NCBI RefSeq assembly: GCF_006345805.1
Contig: NW_021835226.1
Location: 1-46,740 of the forward strand
Reading direction: 5' to 3'
DNA length: 46,740 nucleotides
DNA from: Octopus sinensis
Taxonomy: Eukaryota
Position 1 is the first letter of the stretch. Every line of letters begins with the position of its first letter. The notes beneath the pieces are model-generated. The model saw nothing but the letters and a program-made list of their open reading frames with translations, searched no databases and was not told the DNA's origin. This document shows, one piece after another, positions 11,322 to 21,169 of this stretch. Made by a program: the position numbers and the translations under genes.

Positions 11322-11830
11322 ATTGCCTCGCTAAATGACGTCGTGCTTAGAACCCTCAAGGCTGCAGGCTTTCTGTCACAACATGAGCCTGTCGGATTGA
11401 ACCGTGGTGACGGCAAACGCCCAGACGGAATGACAATCTTTCCTTTTCGGGACGGCAAGTGCTTCGTCTGGGATGCTACGTGCATCGACTCTTTCTCTCC
11501 ATCGGCAATCATGTCATCTGCCACTTCCCCCGGGTCCGCTGCGGAAAAGGCTGAGACGGCCAAAATTAAAAAATACCAAGAATTTGGACGCCGTTTTATA
11601 TTCGTACCAATCGCTTTGGAGACATCGGGAGTCGTAGGGCTTCTAACCTCGGCCTTCATCAGCGACATCGGGAGGAAATTGGCCAACAGAACAAAAGAGC
11701 CACGCGAGGTTTCCTGGCTATTGCAGCGGATATCCATCGCCATTCTCCGTGGCAACACGCATTCGGTACTTTCCTCAGGAGGGTGCGTGCTTTAGCCCCC
11801 CCCCGGAGTTTCCCCTCTAATTAACAGTCA
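11322..11830 (+). mobile_element. 5'-truncated CRE-clade retrotransposon (RLE domain to stop)
   Basis: SLNDVVLRTL..EPVGLNRGDGKRPDGMTIFPF..WDATCIDSF..EKAETAKIKKY..PIALETSG..QRISIAILRGN, stop at 11793-11795. Confidence 0.88.
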
Positions 11831-11994
11831 CAAAAGAAAAACCGATTATTTATTGTGGCGCTCCATGCAGGTTACACCAATTTTAAGCGTTACATTTTGA
11901 CCTTGAGACATGACAGTTGACTTTGACAAGTGACGTTTCATACAAATCGAAATCTCAATTTTAAATATCATTTTTAAGTAAGAACAAATAGTTA

Positions 11995-14900
11995 TTAACT
12001 AACTAAATTCCCGGCATCGTAAATGGAAACACAGTTTCCACGTACTATGGCCAAGGAAATCCTTTCGAAAAGCCACTTGGACTCGCGTGGGTCTCCCCGT
12101 TTATGGGAGATCATGCGGCCAAGCTTTTTTAGAAAGGAAAGAGACTTTTCGCCGATGACGCCGGAAGTCTCGACGGCGATGGGAGTGAACAGATACCGTT
12201 CAGAGAGCTCCTTGTACTTTCCAATCTTCATCTTCTCGGTTTTGCGAGAGACTGAGCCAGGCTCGACAGCTGAAGAAGGAAGGTTGAGCTCCGAGAAAGT
12301 GTCTGAACACGTCGCATCCCATAACAGAGACTTGCCGAACTCAAACGGGAAAGTCGATAGGCCGTCGGGTCTTTTTCCGTCTCCCCTCGCAAGCCCGACG
12401 GGTTCGAGGATTGATGGAATCCAGCGGCCGTGAGCCCCCTCTGAATAACGTCGTTAAGTGCTGCATGGCGTGGTGCGCGCCCTGCACTGCGACGACAGGA
12501 AAGGGGATGTAGACAAAACGGTCAATGACAGCACCACAACGACATTTGTGTATTTCGCAGATTTCCAATCCAAGACGCAATGATAAACCAATTCGTAGGC
12601 AATCTTTGTCTAATAGGTTACCGGTGGAAGGGACAGGGAGAGCATCCAGCCAGGCCCCACTCCCTGTGCAGCAGCCTGCGCGGAGACATGCAAGTCTGTG
12701 CTGATCGAAATTTTTGCGTAGATGTACGTCAAGAGCTTCACAAGAAATGGCATCCCATTGAGCTTGGATACACGGGTCACTGGGTCTTTTGTTGTACAAT
12801 GAATCCCACAGGTCCAAAGCGGCCACGTGATCAACTGACATTTTTCGTTCGGGTAGGTTTCTGAGAACAATGTCAGTGAGGACACGGGATGATGCCGTTG
12901 ACGAAAGAAAGCAGGAAGAGCGATAGACACGGGAGAACGGAGTCCAATCCCACCGCGGCTTACAGGCAGGGTGGATTGAATCCAACCAAGAGGGTCGAAA
13001 CGTACGTTGCATAGCGACTCTGCTCCGGACTTCAGAATATTTTCAATAACGGAAAGGAGATTTTGTTCGTGAAAACACGGAGAGCTTCTTAATGTATATA
13101 GTAGCTTCGGAGTTGAAAAATAATTACGGAGAAGAAAGAACCCGACATGAGCGTCGATGAGAGAGAGTCTTTGAATAATGCATGACAGAACAGCTGCCTT
13201 GTCAATAAGAGTTTGAGACAAAGCCTCGCGACCAATTGGGGAGCCAAGGATGAGGAGGTTTTTTTTATCAGTGATCCGCACGCCTTTTAAAATATCTTCC
13301 AGAACGGCCATAGTTTCGACAAAAATTCCGTGTGGGATATTGAGATTTATAACTTCGGATTTGGCAAAGTTTATCTCAAGACCAATAGATGAAAGGGCAG
13401 GGATAATTACGCGAAGGTCCTCTAGGACAGAGCATGGTGGTCCACATATTGTGGCGTCATCAAGATACCAGATGTTTATAGGGGAAAGGACAGAGTGGGC
13501 GATGGAGTTGACGCAGATTGCAAACAACAGAGGACCAAGAGGATCTCCCTGTTGTACACCGGTCGAAGATACGATAACGGAATTACCGAACAAGAGGAGA
13601 CTTGGTTGAGAGTAAGATAGATGGACCAGACGATAAGCCGAGGGGGCAAGAGCATAGCAGGACTCCAACAGGAAATCTCTTCTGACTGAATTAAATGCGT
13701 TGGAGATGTCCAGTTTAACCAAAATAAATTCTTCTGGAGTCTCCATTAGTTCCCTTACAGCATGGGCGGCCGACTCACAACCTCCGCTGATTCCAACTCC
13801 CAATTGCGCGGGCAGAAATTTTTGGGCCAGCTCGGGGACTACTGCGTGGCAGACAAGCTTTCCGGCCAATCTGCGAAAAATATTGCCGACGGCGATCGGT
13901 CTAACACCATTATCTTTCTTCCCCAGGGCGGTGAGATTAGCAGAAAAGAAAATCGTCCGTGCAAAGTCAGGTAAATCACCCCCGATAAGGCGGTTGCATA
14001 GATCCGTAATAGAAGACAATAGTTGGCGACCAGCCTCAGCAGTTAGGGGAGAAATCAGATCTTTAATGTGTCCTGGTTTCAAACCATCGATGCCCCCACT
14101 GCTGCTTGGGGAGAAACTTTTGAGTGCCTTCACAACTTGTTCCGCAGAAACTAGTAGTTGTGGAAATGCAATCGAATCAATAGCAGGTGGTGTGCGGTAA
14201 TTAACGGGATGCGGAGGGTGTTTAGACCTCAGATTAGACAAAACCGATGGAGAGGGAGATAAAAGTCGGTTCGAAGAGGCAACAAGTCTGACCGCTCCAC
14301 GGACATCACCATCCATTAATTTACTAGTTACCCTGCGGCGAAAGTAGTTGTTGTCAGGGGAAGTTTCACTGTCCACGGGAGAAGGGGAATCACTTTTGTG
14401 AGAGTCAGAACGGGAGGAGTCTGAGCGAAGAGAGTCAAACTGGGAAGAGAACAATGAATTACAATGATCGAAGAGGGTAAGTTGTTGCTTTATTATCGAG
14501 GCGGAAAAAAGTTTTTTAGAGTTGCTATTAGAGGGCGGGATCCCGATACCAAATACAGCAAAACCGAAAAGGTGCAGCCAGTCACACTCGTCATTAGAGG
14601 ACAGAGCGCGATTGATAGCTGTAGACAAGGAGAGAGCAGCTTGAAACCTGGCTGCCTTAGGAATCCGCGCAGGGATATGGCGGATGGAACGGACACATTG
14701 GATACGTCTTAGAGCTTCCTCGGCTGACGGGGATGTTGTGATTGGAACTTTTTCGGGGAATTCTTGCGGGCAAAAGGACTGAACCGGCTGGCGAGTACGG
14801 CAGGAAGGACAGTTCCAAATTACAAGAGAAGCTGAGATGCGCCTGGAAAGATGTACACAGGAAAGGTGGAAGAATCTGTCGCAACTAGAACAGACTCTCC

Positions 14901-15150
14901 CTTTCTTGCGGTTGTTACTAACTTCGCAAGTAGAGCATTGAACAGAAGTGGGTTGGAAACAGAAAGACATAGAAAGAGAGCAAGATAGAAACAATGAAAA
15001 AATGGATGACAAAGAGAAATAGAAAAAGAGAGAGATTATTAGATAGATGACAATTACAAAAATGGATTATAGAATAAGAAATGAACAAATGAAAAGAAAG
15101 AAATGAACAACAACAACAACGTGCAACAACAACGTGCAACTGATCAGTAA
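11995..15150 (-). mobile_element. Near-full-length CRE-clade non-LTR retrotransposon A (PHD - RT - CCHC - RLE)
   Basis: ATG at 14970, TAA at 11995-11997, about 990 aa after restoring three 1-nt deletions. PHD C4HC3 at about 14800-14940. RT motifs RPIAVG, KLDISNAFNS, GVQQGDPLGPLLF, WYLDD. CRCG...HPLSC...RH zinc knuckle. RLE GKRPDG..WDATC..K..KY..PIAVETSG. Confidence 0.93.
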
Positions 15151-15231
15151 GTGATGAAGAATAAAACACCACATAGCAATAAAAGACCACATTGTTCAAA
15201 AATGAAAATATAGTTTATTATTTGCACGAAG

Positions 15232-15330
15232 GACCACCGCCAAATCGGCTGGCTGTACCAGAGGATATCGATCGCAATCTTGCGAGGTAACTCGCTTGCA
15301 ATCCGAGGTGCAGCCACTGGTGACACTTAA
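15232..15330 (+). mobile_element. Extreme 3' tail of a CRE-clade ORF
   Basis: DHRQIGWLYQRISIAILRGNSLAIRGAATGDT* matches the WLxQRISIAIxRGN C-terminal motif. Confidence 0.8.
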
Positions 15331-15455
15331 TTAGCTATTGTGTAACATGTTGAAAAATATTATATTTTAGTTTATTATTTTATATAAACTTATAAAAAAA
15401 TAAATATAAAAATAGAAAATTTTTTTAGAAATTATTTTTTAAAACTGCTACTATC

Positions 15456-15530
15456 CAGTGGTTCTTTACCTTTTTAAAGTCAGCGCCCCCTTTTGACACA
15501 ATTTTGAAGCTTCAAAATTTCAGCGCCCAA
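15456..15530 (+). mobile_element. Solitary hAT (Charlie/Buster-like) terminus
   Basis: CAGTGGTTCTTTACCTTTTT resembles the CAGTGGTTCTCAACC-type TIR. There is a subterminal repeated CAGCGCCC and a 20-bp palindrome AATTTTGAAGCTTCAAAATT (15500-15519). No partner TIR was seen. Confidence 0.5.
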
Positions 15531-15559
15531 CAAAATCATTAGAGACTAATCCAACAAAA

Positions 15560-18413
15560 TCCCAACCCGAACACATCCTAACCCTAACCATTTACTAATC
15601 CAAACCCTAACCTAACCCCTATCTTGATACTAATTCAACCAAACCCTACCTTCAACCCTAACCCCTATCTTGATAGTAATCCAAACAAACCCTAACTCCA
15701 ACCCTAACCTAACCCATATCTTGATCCTAATCCAAACAAATCCTAACTCCAACCCTAACCTAACCCATATCTTGATCCTAATCCAAACAAACCCTAACTC
15801 CAACCCTAACCTAACCCATATCTTGATCCTAATCCAAACAAATCCTAACTCCAACCCTAACCTAACCCATATCTTGATCCTAATCCAAACAAACCCTAAC
15901 TCCAACCCTAACCTAACCCATATCTTGATCCTAATCCAAACAAACCCTAACTCCAACCCCAACCTAACCCATATCTTGATCCTAATCCAAACAAACCCTA
16001 ACTCCAACCCTAACCTAACCCATATCTTGATCCTAATCCAAACAAACTCCAACCCTAACCTAACCCATATCTTGATCCTAATCCAAACAAACCCTAACTC
16101 CAACCCTAACCTAACCCATATCTTGATAGTAATCCAAACAAACCCTAACTCCAACCCTAACCTAACCCATATCTTGATCCTAATCCAAACAAACCCTAAC
16201 TCCAACCCTAACCTAACCCATATCTTGATCCTAATCCAAACAAATCCTAACTCCAACCCTAACCTAACCCATATCTTGATCCTAATCCAAACAAACCCTA
16301 ACTCCAACCCCAACCTAACCCATATCTTGATCCTAATCCAAACAAACCCTAACTCCAACCCTAACCTAACCCATATCTTGATCCTAATCCAAACAAATCC
16401 TAACTCCAACCCTAACCTAACCCATATCTTGATCCTAATCCAAACAAACCCTAACTCCAACCCTAACCTAACCCATATCTTGATCCTAATCCAAACAAAC
16501 CCTAACTCCAACCCCAACCTAACCCATATCTTGATCCTAATCCAAACAAACCCTAACTCCAACCCTAACCTAACCCATATCTTGATCCTAATCCAAACAA
16601 ATCCTAACTCCAACCCTAACCTAACCCATATCTTGATCCTAATCCAAACAAACCCTAACTCCAACCCTAACCTAACCCATATCTTGATCCTAATCCAAAC
16701 AAATCCTAACTCCAACCCTAACCTAACCATATCTTGATCCTAATCCAAACAAACCCTAACTCCAACCCTAACCTAACCCATATCTTGATCCTAATCCAAA
16801 CAAACCCTAACTCCAACCCTAACCTAACCCATATCTTGATCCTAATCCAAACAAATCCTAACTCCAACCCTAACCTAACCCATATCTTGATCCTAATCCA
16901 AACAAACCCTAACTCCAACCCTAACCTAACCCATATCTTGATCCTAATCCAAACAAACCCTAACTCCAACCCCAACCTAACCCATATCTTGATCCTAATC
17001 CAAACAAACCCTAACTCCAACCCTAACCTAACCCATATCTTGATCCTAATCCAAACAAATCCTAACTCCAACCCTAACCTAACCCATATCTTGATCCTAA
17101 TCCAAAACAAACACTAACTCCAACCTAACCTAACCCATATCTTGATCCTAATCCAAACAAATCCTAACTCCAACCCTAACCTAACCCATATCTTGATCCT
17201 AATCCAAACAAACCCTAACTCCAACCCTAACCTAACCCATATCTTGATCCTAATCCAAACAAATCCTAACTCCAACCCCACCTAACCCATATCTTGATCC
17301 TAATCCAAACAAACCTAACTCCAACCCTAACCTAACCCATATCTTGATCCTAATCTAAACAACCCTAACTCCAACCCCAACCTAACCCATATCTTGATCC
17401 TAATCCAACAAACCTAACTCCAACCCTAACCTAACCCATATCTTGATCCTAATCCAAACAAATCCTAACTCCAACCCTAACCTGACCCATATCTTGATCC
17501 TAATCCAAACAAACCCTAACTCCAACCCTAACCTAACCCATATCTTGATCCTAATCCAAACAAACCCTAACTCCAACCCAACCTAACCCATATCTTGATC
17601 CTAATCCAAACAAACCCTAACTCCAACCCTAACCTAACCCATATCTTGATCCTAATCCAAACAAATCCTAACTCCAACCCTAACCTAACCCATATCTTGA
17701 TCCTAATCCAAACAAACCCTAACTCCAACCCTAACCTAACCATATCTTGATCCTAATCCAACAAACCCTAACTCCAACCCTAACCTAACCATATCTTGAT
17801 CCTAATCCAAACAAACCCTAACTCCAACCCTAACCTAACCCATATCTTGATCCTAATCCAAACAAATCCTAACTCCAACCCTAACCTAACCCATATCTTG
17901 ATCCTAATCCAAACAAACCCTAACTCCAACCCCAACCTAACCCATATCTTGATCCTAATCCAACCAAACCCTAACTCCAACCCTAACCCCTATCTTGATA
18001 CTAATCCAACCAAACCCTAACTCCAACCCTAACCTAACCCATATCTTGATCCTAATCCAAACAAACCCTAACTCCAACCCTAACCCCTATCTTGATCCTA
18101 ATCCAAACAAACCCTAACTCCAACCCTAACCCCTGTCTTGATACTAATCCAACCAAACCCTAACTCCAACCCTAACCTAACCCATATCTTGATCCTAATC
18201 CAAACAAACCCTAACTCCAACCCTAACCCCTATCTTGATACTAATCCAACCAAACCCTAACTCCAACCCTAACCTAACCCATATCTTGATCCTAATCCAA
18301 ACAAACCCTAACTCCAACCCTAACCCCTATCTTGATACTAATCCAACCAAACCCTAACTCCAACCCTAACCTAACCCATATCTTGATCTTAATCCAAACA
18401 AACCCTAACTCCA
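15560..18413. repeat. 51-bp tandem array (about 55 units) rich in CCCTAA/CCTAA telomere-type motifs
   Basis: Unit CCAAACAAACCCTAACTCCAACCCTAACCTAACCCATATCTTGATCCTAAT, with two CCCTAA and two CCTAA per unit. 46-bp variant units occur at both edges. Confidence 0.97.
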
Positions 18414-18414
18414 A

Positions 18415-18555
18415 TTCTTTCAGTTTATTAATTCCATTATGAGTTGTCAAGTGCTGTTTTCTGCATTTTACCTTCATAGTTTGAATGTCGTCCTGAGCTA
18501 TAACTTGTTCATGAGTCTCATCATTTGTAAAAAGTATTGTATCTTCTAACAAGAA
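18415..18555 (-). pseudogene. Remnant of integrase N-terminal (HHCC) zinc-binding region
   Basis: FLLEDTILF...QVIAQDDIQTMKVKCRKQHLTTHNGINKLKE resembles the F.L.D..L...V....I...H....H.GI.K region of gypsy/Ginger integrases. It is cut off by the satellite before the CC pair. Confidence 0.5.
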
Positions 18556-18690
18556 AAGTTATGAATGATAGTTTCTTAATTGTGGTTAATTGACTTTAGT
18601 TGTCAATATCCAAAAAAAGTCAAGGCCAAAGTGTAACGCTTAAAATTGGTGCAACCTGCATGAGCGCGACATTTATTCTAATTAATTATA

Positions 18691-19952
18691 GAATAGAATA
18701 GTATTTATTGACCGAAAAGAAAAACAAGGAGAAAATTATTAACGGGGAGATAAAAACAAGGCACCGAAGTGTCTCTTTCCATGCGTATCCTCAATTGTAG
18801 TCATAGTTGACAACAATTCTCAAAGACCATCCGGATCGTGGACACAGAGGATTCTTGTGAGTCTTTTAACCTTCCGTCAAGTTGTACTCCGTAAGCCAAT
18901 TTCATAGCGAAACGTCTTGTCTTTTCCAACTGTTCGATCAGGTAGTCACTCTCCTCCGTACCGTACCAGCCCTCGTAGCCATATGTGAGGACTGGCTGCG
19001 CACACGTTTTGTATACGCAGATGTACTATAGTCTACATCTTTAGCGTTGCAATGTATGATTTAAGTCGTCTCCAAGACTGCGATATCCTTTTTGAGGTAT
19101 CCATGACCAGGATATCGTCAGCATAGATGACGAGCTTGCCAGTACGTTTCGACGGCAGAGGAATGTCCGCCAAGAAGAGGTTGAACAGAAGTGGACTCAA
19201 GATAGATCCCTGCGGGACTCCCCTTCTAAGTTCCACACATCCCGATAGGCGGTTTCCAAAGCGGACAAATGATTGTCTTCCTGACAAGAAGCTCTTCAGC
19301 CATCGATATGTCTTTATCCCGGTTCTGGTGTCATGGACTCTGGAGAGTAGGCCCAGGTGCCAAACGCTATCGAAGGCTTTGGCCAGGTCTAGACACACCA
19401 CAGTTAGCCATGCTTCATTTCTGTCAGCACGAGATAATTGGTGCTTTAACTCCCTGAGGCAGTCCCCTGTGGATCTTTCCTCACGAAATCCCCATTGTTC
19501 GGATACAAGCAAATTTTGTGATTCTATATGACCAGAGAGTCTGTTAAAGACAATTTTTTCCATTGTCTTAGAGAAAGCACAAATGAGGCTAATTGGCCGG
19601 TAGTTCTCTGCTAGCAGTGTCGATTTGCCAGGTTTTGAAATCATTCAAACAATCTTATGCTTCCACGCCGATGGAAGGTGTCCGAACGTCCAGCTGGCGT
19701 GAAACAACATAGTCAGTGCACGTATCAAGATTTCAGGGGCCTTCTTTAACAACATCTGAGGGATGTGTAGTCGAAACCAGGCGCCTTGTTCTTCAACCCA
19801 GCAATTGCCTTTTCAACCTCTTCCTGTGTTATCGTCCCACATAATGGTCCCTCCGATAATTGTGAAGAGCCAAGCTTCTTCACAATTCGGTCATAAGTCC
19901 CTCGTGGAACGGTAGATTCGACCTCTTGAACCTGACTGAGTTGGTTCCTGAG
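18691..19952 (-). mobile_element. 5'-truncated APE-type LINE (Jockey/I-group-like RT) with 12-bp TSD
   Basis: RT KPGK...YRPISL...DLAKAFDSVWH...GVPQGSILSPLLF...YADD. The 3' end has AATAAA plus a (TATTC)n tail. TAATTAATTATA is duplicated at 18679-18690 and 19953-19964. The thumb region after YADD is deleted. Confidence 0.9.
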
Positions 19953-20299
19953 TAATTAATTATAAACTTTGATTAATTTTGTTAAAAAATTTATCTTTTC
20001 TAAAAAAGAAAAAAAAATTTACTTATTAATTTTTCAAATAAGTACTGTTGTAAGTTATAATGTCTGGTTCTAAGTGTACGGAGTGATAAATCTGATTTAT
20101 CACTCCAAATCATCTAAATTCTTTTTTAAGATCCGAAATTCTTATTGATTTCGATTACTTTTGTTAATTCAATTATTTTTTAAATTACTAAAATTTGAAA
20201 AAAACCAACCCAGTAAATTAACAATTACTTTTGTTAACTCAATAATTTTTTAAATTATAAAAATTTGAAACATGGTCCCAAACAGTCTCGTATAATATA

Positions 20300-20620
20300 A
20301 ATTTCGTTTTCAACAAAGTCTGTATAGACTTATCTACACCTAACTGCCTTGAGTAACCATTGTGGTATTTGGTGACCAGTCCGTCCAATGTCATACAAAG
20401 ACGAAAGTTTAAAATAATATATGATAAAAAAACAACGTTCCTTTTCCGTGGAGACAAATATCTCTTCTGGGATGTTATTGCGCTGTATGTATAACCCTTT
20501 AACCTGAGTCGGTTTCAGGTAGAATTGAATATATTTCTGGATCTTCTCTTTTATTGCAGGAGTCTCACGATCATCTCAGTCAGGAATGTGATTACTCGAA
20601 TTAAGCTTAAACGCTAGAGT
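20300..20620 (-). mobile_element. Decayed RLE C-terminus of an R4/Dong-like retrotransposon
   Basis: MTLDGLVTKYHNGYSRQLGVDKSIQ resembles the MTWDG(V)VTKYH...IQAYIQ motif; a degenerate PD..ITSQ segment lies upstream. Confidence 0.55.
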
Positions 20621-20874
20621 CTTTCCGCGTTTTTAGACATATTCTGGTGCTGCTATCGAGTTTTTTAAAAAATTCAAAGTATACGAGGGACATGGTATCT
20701 CAGAAATCTATATCCCTTGTAATTTTCGATTGCAAACTTAAACAACAATCATCACAGCTGCAGCCAACACAGAAATCCCATTTCTGGAGAAAAAACACTC
20801 ACACAGAGAACTCACTAACACATGAAAAAGAAAAAAAACAATGCAAAACAAAATATCCGACGTGATGAAAGAAT

Positions 20875-21120
20875 AGAATGATCTCTATAGACTAATATTC
20901 TACTCTGGAGATTCTAAACACTACGGACTTGGCTTCGCTATAAGAAACGACACAGGTGGCAAAATTTATCGCTACAGGAGCATCAAAGGCAGGATCGGCG
21001 CACTGCAAATAAGATTAAATTATCACAACCCTTTAAAAAATATCTAACTATCATAAATGAATACTTCCGCATAGTGGATGACTGAACAAAAATGCCGAAA
21101 AGATCGACGAATTATAGCAA
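20875..21120 (+). mobile_element. RTE-like APE endonuclease fragment
   Basis: YRLIFYSGDSKHYGLGFAIRN...YRSIKGRIGALQI resembles the YSG...GVGF.....ISDRI pattern of RTE endonucleases. Confidence 0.55.
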
Positions 21121-21142
21121 ATTTATCGAGTGTATATTCTAA

Positions 21143-21169
21143 ACTAGCTCGGCAGCTCGCTTCGCTCAC
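21143..21169 (-). mobile_element. Isolated Helitron 3' terminus
   Basis: The reverse complement is GTGAGCGAAGCGAGCTGCCGAGCTAGT, 27/27 identical to 1258-1284. Confidence 0.85.

Larger units (their letters stand above)
11854..18671 (-). mobile_element. Ginger-like TIR DNA element (composite, 6818 bp)
   Basis: TIRs 11854-11906 and 18620-18671 differ by 4 mismatches and 1 indel. Termini are TGTGG / TGTCG (TGTNR...ACA). A 5-bp direct repeat TTTAT flanks both sides (11849-11853, 18672-18676). An integrase HH-zinc-finger-like remnant lies on the minus strand at 18415-18555. Confidence 0.7.

Noticed and set aside
11850-11910. Spliced-leader or snRNA gene as a CRE target site
   Set aside because: The repeated motif is better explained as a TIR with a TSD. 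I recognised no SL, snRNA, tRNA or rRNA gene anywhere in the window.
15630-18020. Long ORFs of (LILIQTNPNSNPNLTHI)n and (VRLGLELGFVWIRIKIW)n
   Set aside because: These are by-products of a stop-free 51-bp unit (a multiple of 3) read on both strands. There is no start context, and the frame is broken by indels.
15560-18413. True chromosome-end telomere
   Set aside because: It is flanked by unique or TE sequence on both sides and has a complex 51-bp unit rather than a pure short repeat.
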